DNA from: Antechinus flavipes
Lineage: Eukaryota
Reading direction: 5' to 3'
DNA: 64,000 nucleotides
Assembly: GCF_016432865.1 (NCBI RefSeq)
Contig: NC_067399.1
Coordinates: 477,834,001 to 477,898,000, forward strand
Below, in pieces: positions 13,060 through 26,432 of this stretch. How positions within the stretch are numbered: position 1 is the first letter of the stretch; each line of letters opens with the position of its first letter. The notes beneath the pieces were generated by a model. That model was not told the DNA's origin and searched no databases. It worked only from the letters and a program-made list of their open reading frames with translations. Position numbers and translations under genes: made by a program.

Positions 13060-14400
13060 TATTAACAGAAGTTGTCAAACAAAGGAAAAAGACACCCAGC
13101 CAAATGGAAAAATCCAGATAAAGTACTCAATTTAATTCCATGATACTTTAAAAATGTCAGCCAATGACCCAAACTTTTATCTGTCATTTGCTAAAGAAAT
13201 ACAGATAAATCTTGTCAACATGAAATCATTAGTCTTTTACAACATTGAGAGTCTTTTGAAAGTTATTCTTTTGTTAAGTGATTTTTTTTTTAAAATTCAT
13301 GACTTGAACTAAAAAAAAGTATAAATATTTGGCACATGAACTATCTTCAGGATTTATGGTATATGGAAAAAACAGAGAGAACCATAGATTTGTATAATTT
13401 TACTAGAAAAAGATGTATTGGACTGGTAGCAACAGTAAAATGAAGGAAAAGCATGAAATTTTTCATAGTATTGTACAAAAATTGTCAAACTGTTGGGATA
13501 TCCTCATCACCCATGAGTCGGCTTCAAATAAAGTACATTTATATGAGAATTTTTCAGTTTCTTTGGACAGTAGCTTAGCTTTGTTGCAGTTTTAATGCTC
13601 CACAAAATCGTGTTTACTTTATCTTGTCAAAGATTGTAGTAATAAAAGAATTGTAAATGCATCCTGTTTATCAGAATGTCTGTGTATATTGGTTATTACT
13701 AGAGACATAGGTGGTTTTGTACATTTTTTTTCCCTTAAAGAAACAGAAATGTCTTGTTGTTACTTTTGATGATACCAAAAATCAGAAGTTAGCGCAAAGG
13801 GATCTTCCTGCCACTTAGTACCGTGTTTCTGATAAACAATGTTTTATGCCCCACAATTAAGGTATAGGTAATGGGCAATTATGCAGATGATGAATTAATT
13901 ATATTTAAAACACAGGCCATTACAATCAATACTCCTCACATTTCAACTGCATTTTGGAATTAATAAATCTAATTAAAACTTTCAACAGGCAGTGATCTGT
14001 TGATACCACCTACCTGAAGAATCACAATTAACAGCTGTTTATGAATTACTCTGTTCTTGGGTGAGGATCATTTTATGGTAAATGGTTGGGTAAATGGTTT
14101 ATTAAGGGAACCTTTTAAAAATGTCTTTATTTATTGTAATATCCTGATTCACTATTTAATTCCCCACTCTGTATTTCTTCAAAAAAGGGTATAAGCTAGA
14201 TAGTTAGACATTCCATGGTTTAAAAGGATTAGAATGACTGCTTCTAGGTTTCTAATGAAACTGCTTAGCTACCAAAACCATGGTTTCTGGGAGCAGTAGT
14301 TTTCTATGTTTTTATGTAGGCAGAATGCTTTGAAAGTGAAATGAAACTGTAATCCTGCATGTTAATTCCTACCACTGCAGCTCTAAAAATAAAATGCATT
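13060..14400. promoter_or_regulatory. repeat-free block, candidate conserved non-coding/enhancer cluster
   Basis: 1.3 kb with no recognisable repeat, dense TAAT/ATTA and GATA motifs, some retained CpG. Confidence 0.35.
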
Positions 14401-14544
14401 GAAATGAATGACAACATTTTATCATATAGCTTTGATAAGACACTTTTAAATTTAAAAAATGTTAAAATATTTTTTAAAAAATTAAATATCCTAAGTAACT
14501 AATTTATGCCATATAAAATGAATGTTATAGACAATATCATAATA

Positions 14545-14690
14545 TCAATACCCCAATTCTGGAGAACAACTTTGAATTATGTAAGGAAGATTACTGAACT
14601 GTTCATACCCTTTGACTCAGTTATTCTAGTACCGTGTATAAATCCCACAGAGTCAAGGACAAAAAGAAAGTTCCCAATACACAACAATTC
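14545..14690 (+). mobile_element. L1 ORF2 C-terminal fragment
   Basis: WRTTLNYVRKITELFIPFDSVIL matches the L1 IPFDPAIPLLG region. Confidence 0.75.
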
Positions 14691-14712
14691 TCCTGATAAT
14701 TCTCTTGAAAGT

Positions 14713-14744
<32 letters not shown>

Positions 14745-14911
14745 CAACCAGAACAACTAAAAACCTACAAGTAAGCATAAAGAGAGTACCAATTGAATGG
14801 GGAATGACTGAGTACATTTAGGTAAAATAAAACAATGGAATAGAATATATAATGAAATACAAACATGGCAGATTTGGGGAAATATAGAAAGACTTGGGAC
14901 TTCCAGATTTC

Positions 14912-15590
14912 TTTGTTGTTTGTTGTTGTTATTTGTCCTTTTTTCTTTAAAAGGACCATGAAATCATGGAGATGGTACTGTGACATGTAAATGACTTGGA
15001 TTTAAATGAGGGAGAACTGCGCGAGGTCACCAGCCTCATTTTTAATTCCAGAACCCTCTGGGTCCAGTGGCCAGATATAGATCAGGATGACTGGAGATGG
15101 CCTGGATGCAGGAGGAGATCTTGATCTTTTAAAACTGAGATCTTTAGCAAGTCTCTTTTTGATGGAGACAACATCTAATCACTGTTTAAGAAAATGTAAG
15201 AAATGAGACAGAGAATGGCCACTTTTACCTGGTCAAAAAAAAAAAAAAAAAATCAGTCTGGGAAGGGAAGACTCAGGGTTTCTTGCCAAAGAGAAACATT
15301 TACTATTTGTATTCACTCTGAGCCAATGGGGCTCAGTGAGGTCCAAGCAGTGACTTAATAGGGCTTGGCCTGGGATCTATTGTTGGCCACTCTATGAGAG
15401 CTGGAGGAATTTGGGTTTAAGGCATGGTACTTAAGAAAGAAATCTAGCCTATAAACCTCAAGATATCCTGTGAGTTTCATTTTCTCCTTGAACTTTCTAA
15501 ATCTGTTCTCTTCAAATCTTGGGCACATACCACTCAATTTGTGTTTTCAGTGATCAAAATTTATATTCCCTTGGGCAGAGCACCTAAGGT
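14912..15590 (-). mobile_element. RTE-mobilised marsupial SINE (WALLSI-type)
   Basis: (CAA)-type tail antisense, tttgtcctt...ggacca, ctgggtccagtggccagatatagatcaggatgactggagatggcc. Confidence 0.75.
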
Positions 15591-15709
15591 TATGGCAGTC
15601 TATGTGGACAGAGAAAAGTAAGAGGAAAGAGACTTTAAGAGAAGCTAAAGTGCCATTTCTAATCTCTACCTCTTTCTATCCTTCCTCCCCCCTCCCCAAT
15701 TACTTTATA

Positions 15710-15870
15710 ATTAGGATCATAAATTGATCTGTAGAGATGAAAGGGACTAATCTGCCTCCTTTTTTTATACATAAAGAAGTTGTGACATTGGAGGTATGAT
15801 GATTTGTTCAGTCACACAGGTAGTAGGCATTAAATATGGGATTTTAATCTATATCTTCTGATTATTATTT
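15710..15870 (-). mobile_element. MIR3 SINE
   Basis: ggatcata...gagatgaaagggac tail plus core. Confidence 0.55.
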
Positions 15871-16319
15871 TGATCTATTTTGAATATATGTATATATGTA
15901 TCCATTCATATGCATATCTTCTTTTCTCCCAATAAAATATTAGGTCTTTAAGCATAAGAACAATTTTAATTTTTCATTTTTCTACCTAGTTGGGTAGGCT
16001 GATTAATTAGATTAATTAATATAGTGTGAAAACAGAATAATATAACCAAAAACTACAATTGTTTCAAGAAAACAATGTTAACATACATCTATACACAAAA
16101 TGATCATGATGTCTCATCTTGATCTCAGGAAAAAGAAGAGATATACATCTCTTCCTTCTTTTCATAGAGATATGAAGGACCACAAGTATGAAATGATATT
16201 TAAACCACCAGATGTGATCATTTTGTCAATTGGATTTTGTTTAACTATTTCTTTGTAACCAGGCAGAATTCAGAGGAGAATGGGGTTTATTAGGGAATGA
16301 TTCTTAAGATTTTTAAAAA

Positions 16320-18240
16320 ATTAAATAGCATTTTATTTTTTCCCCAGCTACATATCAAGAATATTTTAGTATTCATTTTTTTTTCTGTTTTATAATATTT
16401 TATTTTTCCAGGAGCATGTAAAAATAGTTTTTAACATTTATTTTTATAAGATTTTTATTTATTTCCATTTTTTCTCCCTCACTTCTTCTCCCTTCTCTCC
16501 AAGAAGACAAGCAATCTGATACAAGTTATGCATATACAATCATATTAAACATATTTCCACATTAATCATGTTGTAAAAGAAGAATCTGAACAAAGGAGAA
16601 AACCATAAGAAATAAAAACAACTAAAAAAGTGAAAAATAGTATGCTTTGATCTGCATTCAGACTCCATAGTTCTTTCACTGGATGTAGATAACGTCTTTC
16701 ATCATGAGTCTTTTGGAATTATCTGGTCCCATTGTACTGCTGAGAATAGCTAAGTTTGTCAAAGTTGGTCATTAAACAATCTTTGTTATTATGTATAATG
16801 TTCTCCCAATTCTGCTCATTTCCCCAGCATCAGTTCATGTAAATCTTTCCAGGTTTTTCTGAAATAAATTTTCTTATCATATCTTATGGCACAATACAAA
16901 ATATAGCACCATTACAGTCATGAAATGTTTGACCATTCTCCAATTGACTTCCCTGCCACCACAAAAAGAGCTGCTATAAATATTTTTGTACTTGTGAGTC
17001 CTTTCCTGCCTTTTATGATCTCTTGGGATACAGACCTCGTAGTGGTATTGCTGGATCAAAGGGTATGCAGTTTGAGTGCCCTTTGAGCATAGTTCCAGAT
17101 TGCTCTCTAGAATGGTTAGATCACTTCACAATTCCACCAACAATGTATTAATGTCCCATTTTTACCACATGCTCTTCAACATTTGTCATTTTCCTTTGTC
17201 ATATTAGCCAAAGTAAAATGTATGAGGTGGTATCTCAGAGTTGTTTGGATTTGCATTTATCTAAACAATAGTGATTTGGAACATTTTTTCATATAACTAT
17301 AGACAGCTTTAACTTCTTCATTTGATAACCGCCTGTTCATATTTTTTGACCATTTAACAATTGGGGAATAATTTATATTCTTATAAATTTGACTTAGTTC
17401 TCATTTGAGAATTGACACCTTTATTAGAAACACTTCCTGGAAAAATTGTTCTCCATCTTTCTGCTTTCTTTCTAATCTTAGTTGCATTGGTTTTGTTTAT
17501 GCAAAAAACATTCAATCTAGGTAATCAAAATTAACTATTTCATAATATTCTCTATCTATTGTTTGGTCAAAAATTCTTCCTTTCTTCATAGATCTAACAA
17601 CTAAACCAATCCTTGTTCTCTTAATTTGCGTATGGTATCTACCTTTATATCTAAAACATTTTGATTTTATTTTGGTATAGATTGTGAGATTTTGGTTAAT
17701 GCCTAGTTTCTGGCCCACCTTTTTTAGTTTTCTTATCAGTTTTTGTCAAATAGTGGATTTTTATCTCAGAAGCTGGAGTCTTTGGGTTTGTCGAACAGTA
17801 GGTTACCATAGTCAATGACTATTGTATCTTGTGTGCCTAACCTGTTCCACTGATTTACTACTCTATTTCTTAACCAGTACCAACTAATTTTAATAATTGT
17901 CATTTAATGACATAGTTTTAGATCTGGGTACTGCTAGATCCCCTTTCTTTTCTTATTATCCCTCTTACTTCCCTTGATATTCTTGAATTTTTGTTTCTCC
18001 AGATTAATTTTGCTATTTATTTTTTCTAGCTCTATAAAATAATTTTTGGTAGTTTGATTGATATGGCACTGAATGAGTAAACTAATTTAGGTAGAATTAT
18101 CATTTTTACTATATTAGCTTGGCTTACCCATGAACAATTGATATTTTCCCAATTATTTAGATCTGACTTCATTTGTGTGAATGTTATTTTGTAATTTTTT
18201 AATATATATGGGTTTGTTTTGGCAGGTAGACTCTGAAATA
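16320..18240 (-). mobile_element. L1, about 1.9 kb 3' portion
   Basis: minus ORF KSDLNNWENINCSWVSQANIVKMIILPKLVYSFSAI plus further ORF2 pieces and 3' UTR. Confidence 0.95.
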
Positions 18241-18504
18241 TTAGCATTTGTTACATTCTCTTGGAGGATTCCCATCAACTATCAGGGGTTCCCAGCCCTA
18301 ACTTTGAGGTAGATGTTTACTAAGCTAAATTCACAAATATTGGAGAATATAATGAACTAGGAATCAAAAAAAAAGTTAGATTCTGATCCTGGCCTTCTCT
18401 CTTCTTCTCTGTCAAGCTTTTGTTTCTTTTATTCTTAATTAAGAGTGTTCAGCTTTCCTGATTCACTGCTGCTAGTGTTTTCCCTCTCTTCAAATCACCT
18501 TATT

Positions 18505-18650
18505 TTAGATTTTAAATTTGAATTTCTTACTAATTCATTGTATGACTTTAAGTAAATGAATTTAGTTTCCTGGATCTTGGTTTCCTTATCTGTTAAATAA
18601 GAAGGTCAGACCAAATGACTTTTGAAGTACCTTCTTCATGTAATATATTT
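18505..18650 (+). mobile_element. MIR3 fragment
   Basis: gtttccttatctgttaaataagaaggtcagaccaaatgac. Confidence 0.55.
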
Positions 18651-19194
18651 TGGTTCTCTGAATACTCAACTGAGCCCAACAACCCAAATACTTGAGTCCA
18701 AGACAAACTCTGATGGTAGGAAAGCTATGGATATGAGAAGGTAGTGTTTGGGGACTGATTGATCTGATCTATCCTTAACTAATTTGCTAATGGAAAAATG
18801 ATTTAAGTGTTAAGGGGCATGGCTCCCCAAATGCATAATTATTATCTTTGCTACATGGTTATAAGAGAGTTCATTTATTAAGCAAAATCCAATCTTCCTG
18901 CTAAGCTTGTCCAATACTAGTAGGTTTCCCATTTCTTCTATGATTTAGTTCATCTATGAGATATTAAAGCATGGGGATCATGTTTTTTGTTCTGTTTTGT
19001 TTTTTCTTGACAAGTAGGTTAATACTTGAGGTTACATTTTCAAGAACATATTACCAATGCAGTTATATATCAAAAAAGTTCGATCAAGGCTTTCACTGGG
19101 AAAAAAAGCTCCTTCTATCTCAGTTTGGCTCAGAGATTAAAAAAAAAAAAAAAAAAGGAACTTTTCATTTGTAGATAGCAAGTCCACAGGATAG

Positions 19195-19305
19195 GGGCCT
19201 TATTGAATTTATTAAGTGTCTACTAAGTTCCCAGCCCTGATCTAGGTTTTATAGGAGATAGAAAGAGGATAAAGACCTGACCTCTGCCCTTTAAGAGTTT
19301 TCAAT
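19195..19305 (-). mobile_element. L2 3' end
   Basis: aatttattaagtgtctact...ctctgccctttaagag. Confidence 0.7.
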
Positions 19306-19584
19306 AGAATCTACTGCTTTGTGGAACGTTGAATTCAGGGTTATAATCAGTTATTGTTAGGTTTGTCCTTTGATGTCTCTTAGTTTCCCGTTGGTGAATT
19401 GTGTCTCTTCCTAGGTAGATTGTCATTACCCAGTCTTTTGCTAGGTGTTCTGGTTGATACTTCAATCAATAAAAGGCAGGGTAATACAATCACAGACTCA
19501 TAATGGAGAGAAGGTCATCAGGGGTCATCTAATCCAAATGGTGCTTGAATAAGAATCTGTAATATATCTGATAAATGCTTGAAG

Positions 19585-19790
19585 GGGAAGGGGAGTGGTC
19601 TAGTGGAAAAAACAATGGACTTGGAGTCAGGGAAGACAGGGTATGAGTTCTACTTCAGACCAAAATCCTGGTCGATTCCCTTCACTTTTCCTAGCTTCGG
19701 TCTCCTCATCTATAGAGTAGGGATTATGGTGAGGCTCAAGGAAAGTATTTGATATAAAATGCTTTACAACCTTATATTGCTATAAATATT
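19585..19790 (+). mobile_element. MIR SINE
   Basis: ggtctagtggaaaaaacaatggacttggagtcaggg head, ctcctcatctat core. Confidence 0.75.
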
Positions 19791-20329
19791 ATTTTTCTTC
19801 TTAATGAAGCCCATGCAGTGTCTTACTGATGTCATTTACTTTTATTAAATGTTCATTTAGTTATTGTTTGGATAAGAATTTTGCTAAAAATTGAAGTCAA
19901 GTTTACTGGCCAAGAGTTGCAAATTGTTATAGTACTTATTTTGAAAACCAAGATACTGTCCCCTAGTCCTTTAGTAGTTCTCTTGTTCTTCATGATCTTA
20001 GCACAGGACTTAGTAATCTAGCACTTAGTTCCTGGTCTACAGTAGAAACTTAATAAATATTGATTGACCAGTCTTTCAAAAGTCATGGGCAGTGGTTCAT
20101 TAGTTATATTGTGGCTGCTTTTGGACCTTGGAATGTACTTCATTTGGACCTGATGATTGGAACTTATCAATGGCAGCTTACACCAAGTACAGTGCCTGGC
20201 ACATAGCAGGCTCCTAGTAAATGCTTATTGATTGTTTATCTATTAACTTCTTTTTACCCATATTTAATCCCTTTTATGGTCCAAAGATTATTGTTTTTGG
20301 CAGAAAAAGATAGGAGCCAAAAATGCATG

Positions 20330-20850
20330 GAGTGGTCTGACCTCTCTTTATTCAACATTAAGTTTTTTTTAGAAGAGAACTCTAAGTAGTAGCATCTCTG
20401 GGTCAAAAAATATAGACATTTTCATCATTTTTAAAGTATAATTCCAAATTACTTTCAAAAGTGGCAAAGCCAATTCATGGTGCTACCAAAAGTGTCTGTG
20501 TTTCTGCTGTCCCTCCAATATTTATTTTATTCTTTTTTAATCCTTCACAATCTGCTTGATATAAGGTAAAACATCAGTGATATTTTGATTTACATTTCTA
20601 TAATTGCTTTAGAGCAGGTTTCATACACTTATTAACAGTGAACAATTCTTCTCTTGACAACTATTTGTTCACAATGTTTTATTATTTATTCATTATAGAA
20701 TGATCTTGACCTCATGGATTTGTGTTAATTCTTTATATATCTTAGTTCTCAAAATCTTACCAGAGATATTTGTTAGAAATATTTTTTCCTACTTAATTGC
20801 TTCCCTTTGCATTATTCTAGCTGCATTGTTTTCATGGTTCATATAATTAA
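20330..20850 (-). mobile_element. old L1 ORF2 fragment
   Basis: ctgggtcaaaa...aattccaaattacttt, antisense ORF2 3' region. Confidence 0.65.
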
Positions 20851-21354
20851 AATTATTTATTCTATCTTTTGGGACTTTAGAAAATTAATTTTTACCAACC
20901 CTTATTAGCCTACTGCATCACTGGCCAACAGTCTGGTCATTGCTACATTTTAAGTCATAACCCAGAAATCTAAACCTTATTGGCTGATATCTTCTTTTTG
21001 ATTAGCTATTGATTTCTTCACTCTGCCTTTCTCTTTGGATGTTCTTGCGTTTGACTAGTAGCAATGACGAAAACACCTGTGCTCCCAAGTTTTATATTTG
21101 TTGTTTTTTGTTCAACACTTTACAATCTCAGCTCTTGCTCTAGAAAACTATGTAGTCTAGGTGAAGAGATAACACCTTATCTGAATTGAAAACTGAATTA
21201 GAAAAAAAAGATAATAAAATAAAGACAGGTAGTATAACATAAACTTCTATAACAATTTAGAGAAGAAACAATCAATATATAGTGGAACAGGTAGGAAAAG
21301 CTTCTTAGAAGGGGTTGAACTTAAGCCATGCTTTGAAAGATGAACAGGATGGAA

Positions 21355-23700
21355 CAGAATATGGAGCAGCTATCTCCTCTTCATATACAAAAAGGCAACA
21401 TCATTGTTCAATCCACTGATGGAGCGCTGATTTTATTGATCAAAAGACAAATTGCCTTGATAAATCTAGCCATGTAATGGCGATAGTGTGGAACAAAGCA
21501 TGCTTTTCCACCAAAAGTGAGATATCAATTACTTAATAGAAAAATACTAATGAACTGCCTTCTTTGTTCTCAGGACACTAAACATGATCAACAAAGAGAT
21601 CACTGAGGAAGTATTGGATACAGACCTTTTCCTCCAAATTTGTGTATTTTGTTACAAGTGCCATCTTGTTTTCAAAAGCAACCCTTCTTAAAAACAGAAA
21701 GTCTTGATTTTTTTTCCCTTTGGCCAAGTGCTACAATCTTATTCTGGGCGTATGTTTAAATGAAAAGAACAGGTCAGGAATAACACAAAGTAATTTAAAG
21801 GCCTTGCACCACAATATGTGGGATCGCCCACAGCTACACCTTGCAATCACCCAATTCATATTTTAGGTCCTGACATGAGAGTTCATAGTATTTTACAATT
21901 CTATGTTCCATGTCAGTGGCTGACTGTGGAGCTGAATATCAGTCCTATTTAAATCTGCAAGAAAATAGCTTCAGGTGACATAACCTTTCATGTAGTACCA
22001 CTGTGTACATATACAAATAATTGAGGCTCTTGACNNNNNNNNNNNNNNNNNNNNNNNNNNNNNNNNNNNNNNNNNNNNNNNNNNNNNNNNNNNNNNNNNN
22101 NNNNNNNNNNNNNNNNNNNNNNNNNNNNNNNNNNNNNNNNNNNNNNNNNNNNNNNNNNNNNNNNNNNNNNNNNNNNNNNNNNNNNNNNNNNNNNNNNNNN
22201 NNNNNNNNNNNNNNNNNNNNNNNNNNNNNNNNNNNNNNNNNNNNNNNNNNNNNNCCAGTCAGACTATTTTACAGCAGATAAATGTAAGCGCTTCGCAGCA
22301 GAATGGCAGGAGAATCTCCTGACCCCCCATCGGCTGGGACCGGGACTTAGAGGGTCAGTGGGAACTTTCAGCTACAAATGAATATTTAGCACAAGTCAAA
22401 TATTCATGAGTGCTTATGAATATTTATTGTCAGTCTATAAATATTACAAGGTGTAGTTGATTCATTTCAGGGGGTGGGGTGGGGAAAGGAAAGGGCTTGT
22501 TTTGCATCTCAATATTTTGATTTCTCCACCAACTGGGCTCTCCAAGGTGCCAGAGGCCAGTTGCCGGCCACCTGGCTGGCTGCCTCTTACTCCAGGCCGG
22601 GCCTTATTGCATTTGGCCCCGCTGAGGAGTTGAAACTTTATAAAATTTGATTCAGTGGGAGCTTTCTCTTGCAACTCTCTATCACCTGTGCATGCTGATC
22701 CATTGGACACAAGCAGGAGTTGTTCACAAGTAGACTGGGGATAGAGTGGTATGACAGTTTTCCCCTATGAAAAATGCAAGGTTTGTTTATTAAGAGCTCT
22801 CTCTAGAAGTGGGTAGTGAGGGAGTGCTCTGATTTAACCTGTTCTCCTCCTTAAGCACCCCCTCCCCAACGACAGTCAAGTAACCAGTACAGAACTCAGG
22901 TTTATCAACAAAACATTCTCTTTCAAATCACAAAGGAACCTTTTCATGTTAAAAAGCTGTTTTCTCAGCTGAATGACATTCCCTTACCAAATCACCCCAA
23001 ATATTTATTCCCTGTTACTTAAAGTCAGCTCTGTGGTAGTCATATACTGAGCAGACATTCAAGTCACCTGAAATTCAACAGAATTAAAGCAGATATCAAT
23101 CCGATTGTTTCCCTGCCTCTGTAAATCCCACACTGGAAGCAGTGCTATCGAATTTCCACTGATAAGCAAATCATGTAAATGATCATGGGTGTTTGCAGAT
23201 TAAAAAATAATTAGAGCCTGATCTATAGCAGCAGCAAATGCCACCTGAAATCACAGGTTTGGAGTGTTTGGGGTAATGCAGACTCTGAGTGTCTATGCCC
23301 TGGGAAAGGTGTGAGTTCACAGTTTTAGCAGAAAGTTGGTTTATCAGGAAGACAGAGCTCAATTATGATGCAGGGATATCATTTCCTTAAAGGATTTTCA
23401 GTCTTTCTCAATGTCCTAGAGGTCATGAGATTACAGTTACATGCTGTTGCTCTGGGGTGGGAGGGGAGAGAAGTCTCCTCTGTTTCCCAGTACTCTAAGA
23501 AAATATACTGAATTCCAACCACAGAAATAATCCTTGGTTAGTTGTTAAGGAAGATTGTGGTTGCTTTGTGGAGTTAAGAAGCTTCAATATAAACCATATT
23601 CCCTCTGTTCCTAAGTCTAGAGCGATGACCATCCCAGAAGCTAAAGCTCATTATGTTACAGTTATATTATTCAAAAATTCTACAGTATTTTCAACGCTGC
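21355..23700. promoter_or_regulatory. repeat-free block spanning a gap, candidate conserved non-coding elements
   Basis: about 2.3 kb with no recognisable repeat; about 7 CpG in 22280-22625. Confidence 0.35.
22035..22254. other. assembly gap (220 N)
   Basis: N run. Confidence 1.
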
Positions 23701-24924
23701 TTCCATCAACGTATCCTGCCTTTTTCTGCCCCAATCTGCACTAGGGACTATTTAGTTATTGTCTTTGCAGCTATAATGCCTATATAGTGACTAACATATA
23801 TAATAGATACTTAATAAACTTTTATTGGGGGAAAAAGGAAATGGGAAGTTTGTCCTTGATTTGTTCTACCACCTTCCTTTCAGTGCCTCAGTTCTTCTGA
23901 TCCCTTGTCCCAGATACTTAACCTGTCATTTTCAGATGGTCTTAAAATCCATTGGTAATTATACATACATGTCTTAGAAGTGGGAATGGAAGCGGTCTTC
24001 TCAATATCCTCCCATTGTATGTTAGGAGTCATTTTTAACGAAGCTAGCCCAGCTTTACGAATTAGATCTCTTTCCTTCCTTCTTACATTTTCTTCCCATC
24101 CTTCTCTCCCTTCCATCCTTACTCTCCCCTCCTTCTTCCCCCCATTTTCCCCCCTTTCTCTTTCACCTGAACATTTTAACCACTTCCCATGTTTCTGTGT
24201 GTGGGTATGTGTGAGAAGTGCCTTGGGTGCTAGGCTGGGCATATAGTTCTTTATCCTGCTAGTAACCCCGTTCAATTATTCTTTATATACATGACTTCCC
24301 CTGAGTAACAGGTGAGAACCAATATCATTATAGCACCATATATATGAATCTCGGCAACAAAAAGAAAATGGATTCTAATCCAGTTTGTATTTCTCCATTA
24401 GCAAAAGCCTGCAGACATCCAATTGGTTTGAAGATGTTCCTTTCACTCAGGTGCTCAGCTTGAATAATTTAAAATTAACTCAACTCCTTTAGCATAAAAA
24501 GTAATGGCTCTGTCAAAGCCAAAGTGCAGAATGCTAATTTAGGGTTTTAAATACTAATTCTGAATAAATGGAAGTGTCATTAAGAGAAAGGGTTTTTGTT
24601 ATTATTATTATTCTGAACAGGAGAAGGTATAGCTTGAGTTAGTGGGAACCATTAAAATTACTTCTTCAGTGAACCAGGCCTTACAGGTGCCAGATCCAAA
24701 AAGAGCTTTGAAAAACAATTGTTTCTTCAGGGAGCTCATCTGTGGAGAGTTAACAAGTTCCTGAAAACTATGCAAGCCATATTTTCTTCCTTTGCAAATT
24801 CTTACTCATTTTAGAACCACATAGCTCCCAGGCTAGTGTGGGATAGGTTTGTAAATGTTACAGAGGAATTCTGAAAAGTCTATGCTTCCCTACCCAAAGC
24901 TCTAAGAAATTAAGGTAACTCTGA

Positions 24925-25050
24925 AAGTTATGGGATAAAGTATCAGCTCTGGAATCAGAAGATCCTGAGTTCAAATCTAGCCTTACCCTTAATGCTTACT
25001 AGCTGTGTGATCCTGGTCAAGTCACTTCATCCCCACATGTCAAAAAAAGA
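24925..25050 (+). mobile_element. MIR SINE head
   Basis: ctggaatcagaagatcctgagttcaaatctagcc...gtgtgatcctggtcaagtcac. Confidence 0.75.
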
Positions 25051-25099
25051 GTACTGCTACCTCCATATTTTTATTCTGTTGAGTATTTAGGGACAATCT

Positions 25100-25740
25100 G
25101 TATTTTTGGTTATTTTTCTCCCCAACAATTTTAATTATTTATTTTAAACATTCCTTTCTTTTTAAATGGAATTCCAAATTCTTGACTTTCTCCAAACTTT
25201 TCCCTAAACACTGGGAAAGTAAGAAAAATGATGTTAATTGTACGTATTAAATCATAAAAAATCATTGCCACATTTAATCATATCACAAAAAGTAAAAAAA
25301 AATTGAGAAAACTATATTTCAATTTGTGCTCAAAGTTCATCAGTTCTCTCTTTCTGGAGGTGAATAGAATGTTTTCATTATGATTTTTTTGGCATTGCTT
25401 TGTATTACTGTAATGATCAGAGTAGCCAATTTTTCTCATTTGATTATCACTGAAACATTGCTCACTGAAACATATGCTTGAGTACATAATAATCTCCCGC
25501 CTCTTTCATTTAACTTTGCATCATTGATATATGTCTTATCTCGTTTCTTTTTCTTCCTGAAACTATTCCTTCATTATTTCCCATAGAACAATAGTCATAA
25601 TCATATGCTACAATTTGAACCATTCTTTAATTAATGATCATCTTTTCAATTTCCAATTATTTGTTACAACAAAAATTAGTACTAAAAATGTTTATATGGG
25701 TTCTTTTCCTTTTTTTTTCAATATCTTTGGGGATATGATC
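25100..25740 (-). mobile_element. old L1 3' end
   Basis: antisense 3' UTR and ORF2 terminus. Confidence 0.7.
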
Positions 25741-25749
25741 TAAATTTCC

Positions 25750-26220
25750 CAGTTTGAGTCCTTGATCTAATATGGACTAATTAAATAACAGGTTTAGCTT
25801 CCTCATCTGTAAAATGGGTATAATAATGTCCATTATTATAATAATGACTATATTACAGAGGCATTATGAGGAAAGCTCTTATGAATGTAAAAGTCATCTA
25901 TGAGTAGTCATTATTATTTTTATTAATACTTTAAAGAGACAATGTGACATTGAAAAGAAATAATTTCAGAATGAGAAAGACCTAGGTTCCAGACTCAATG
26001 TTGATATATATTGTATGTGTGTGTGTGTAATCTTGAACAAATCATTTTATCTCAGTTTCCTCTTCTGTAAAATGGAGATAATAATGGTATTTACCATACA
26101 GGCTCAAATTATGATGCCCAAATGAAATTGCATATTTATGTGTGTGTGTGTGTGTGTATAAAGCATTTTATAAATCTTAACATACTATGTAATATTAGCA
26201 ATTATGATTATTATTGGTGC
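25750..26220 (+). mobile_element. two tandem MIR SINEs
   Basis: ttcctcatctgtaaaatggg and cagtttcctcttctgtaaaatggag cores. Confidence 0.75.
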
Positions 26221-26329
26221 TTCAAGCATTTCTAAAGACTAAATTGCAGACTGATTTCAGAGCTGCAATAGCAGAAGTTTCTTTATTAAAGAATTCCTTA
26301 TACAAATGAAAATACAAGTTTAAATAAAA

Positions 26330-26395
26330 ATACTATATATATATATTATATATATATATATAATATATATATATATATTTACAAATTAGTATATA
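26330..26395. repeat. (TA)n tract
   Basis: directly visible. Confidence 0.9.
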
Positions 26396-26432
26396 TCATT
26401 GGCATTTGCCTCCTTTAAAAACAACAAACAAA

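Noticed and set aside
23880-24275. 131-aa minus ORF
   Set aside because: Driven by a purine-rich low-complexity tract; no homology recognised.
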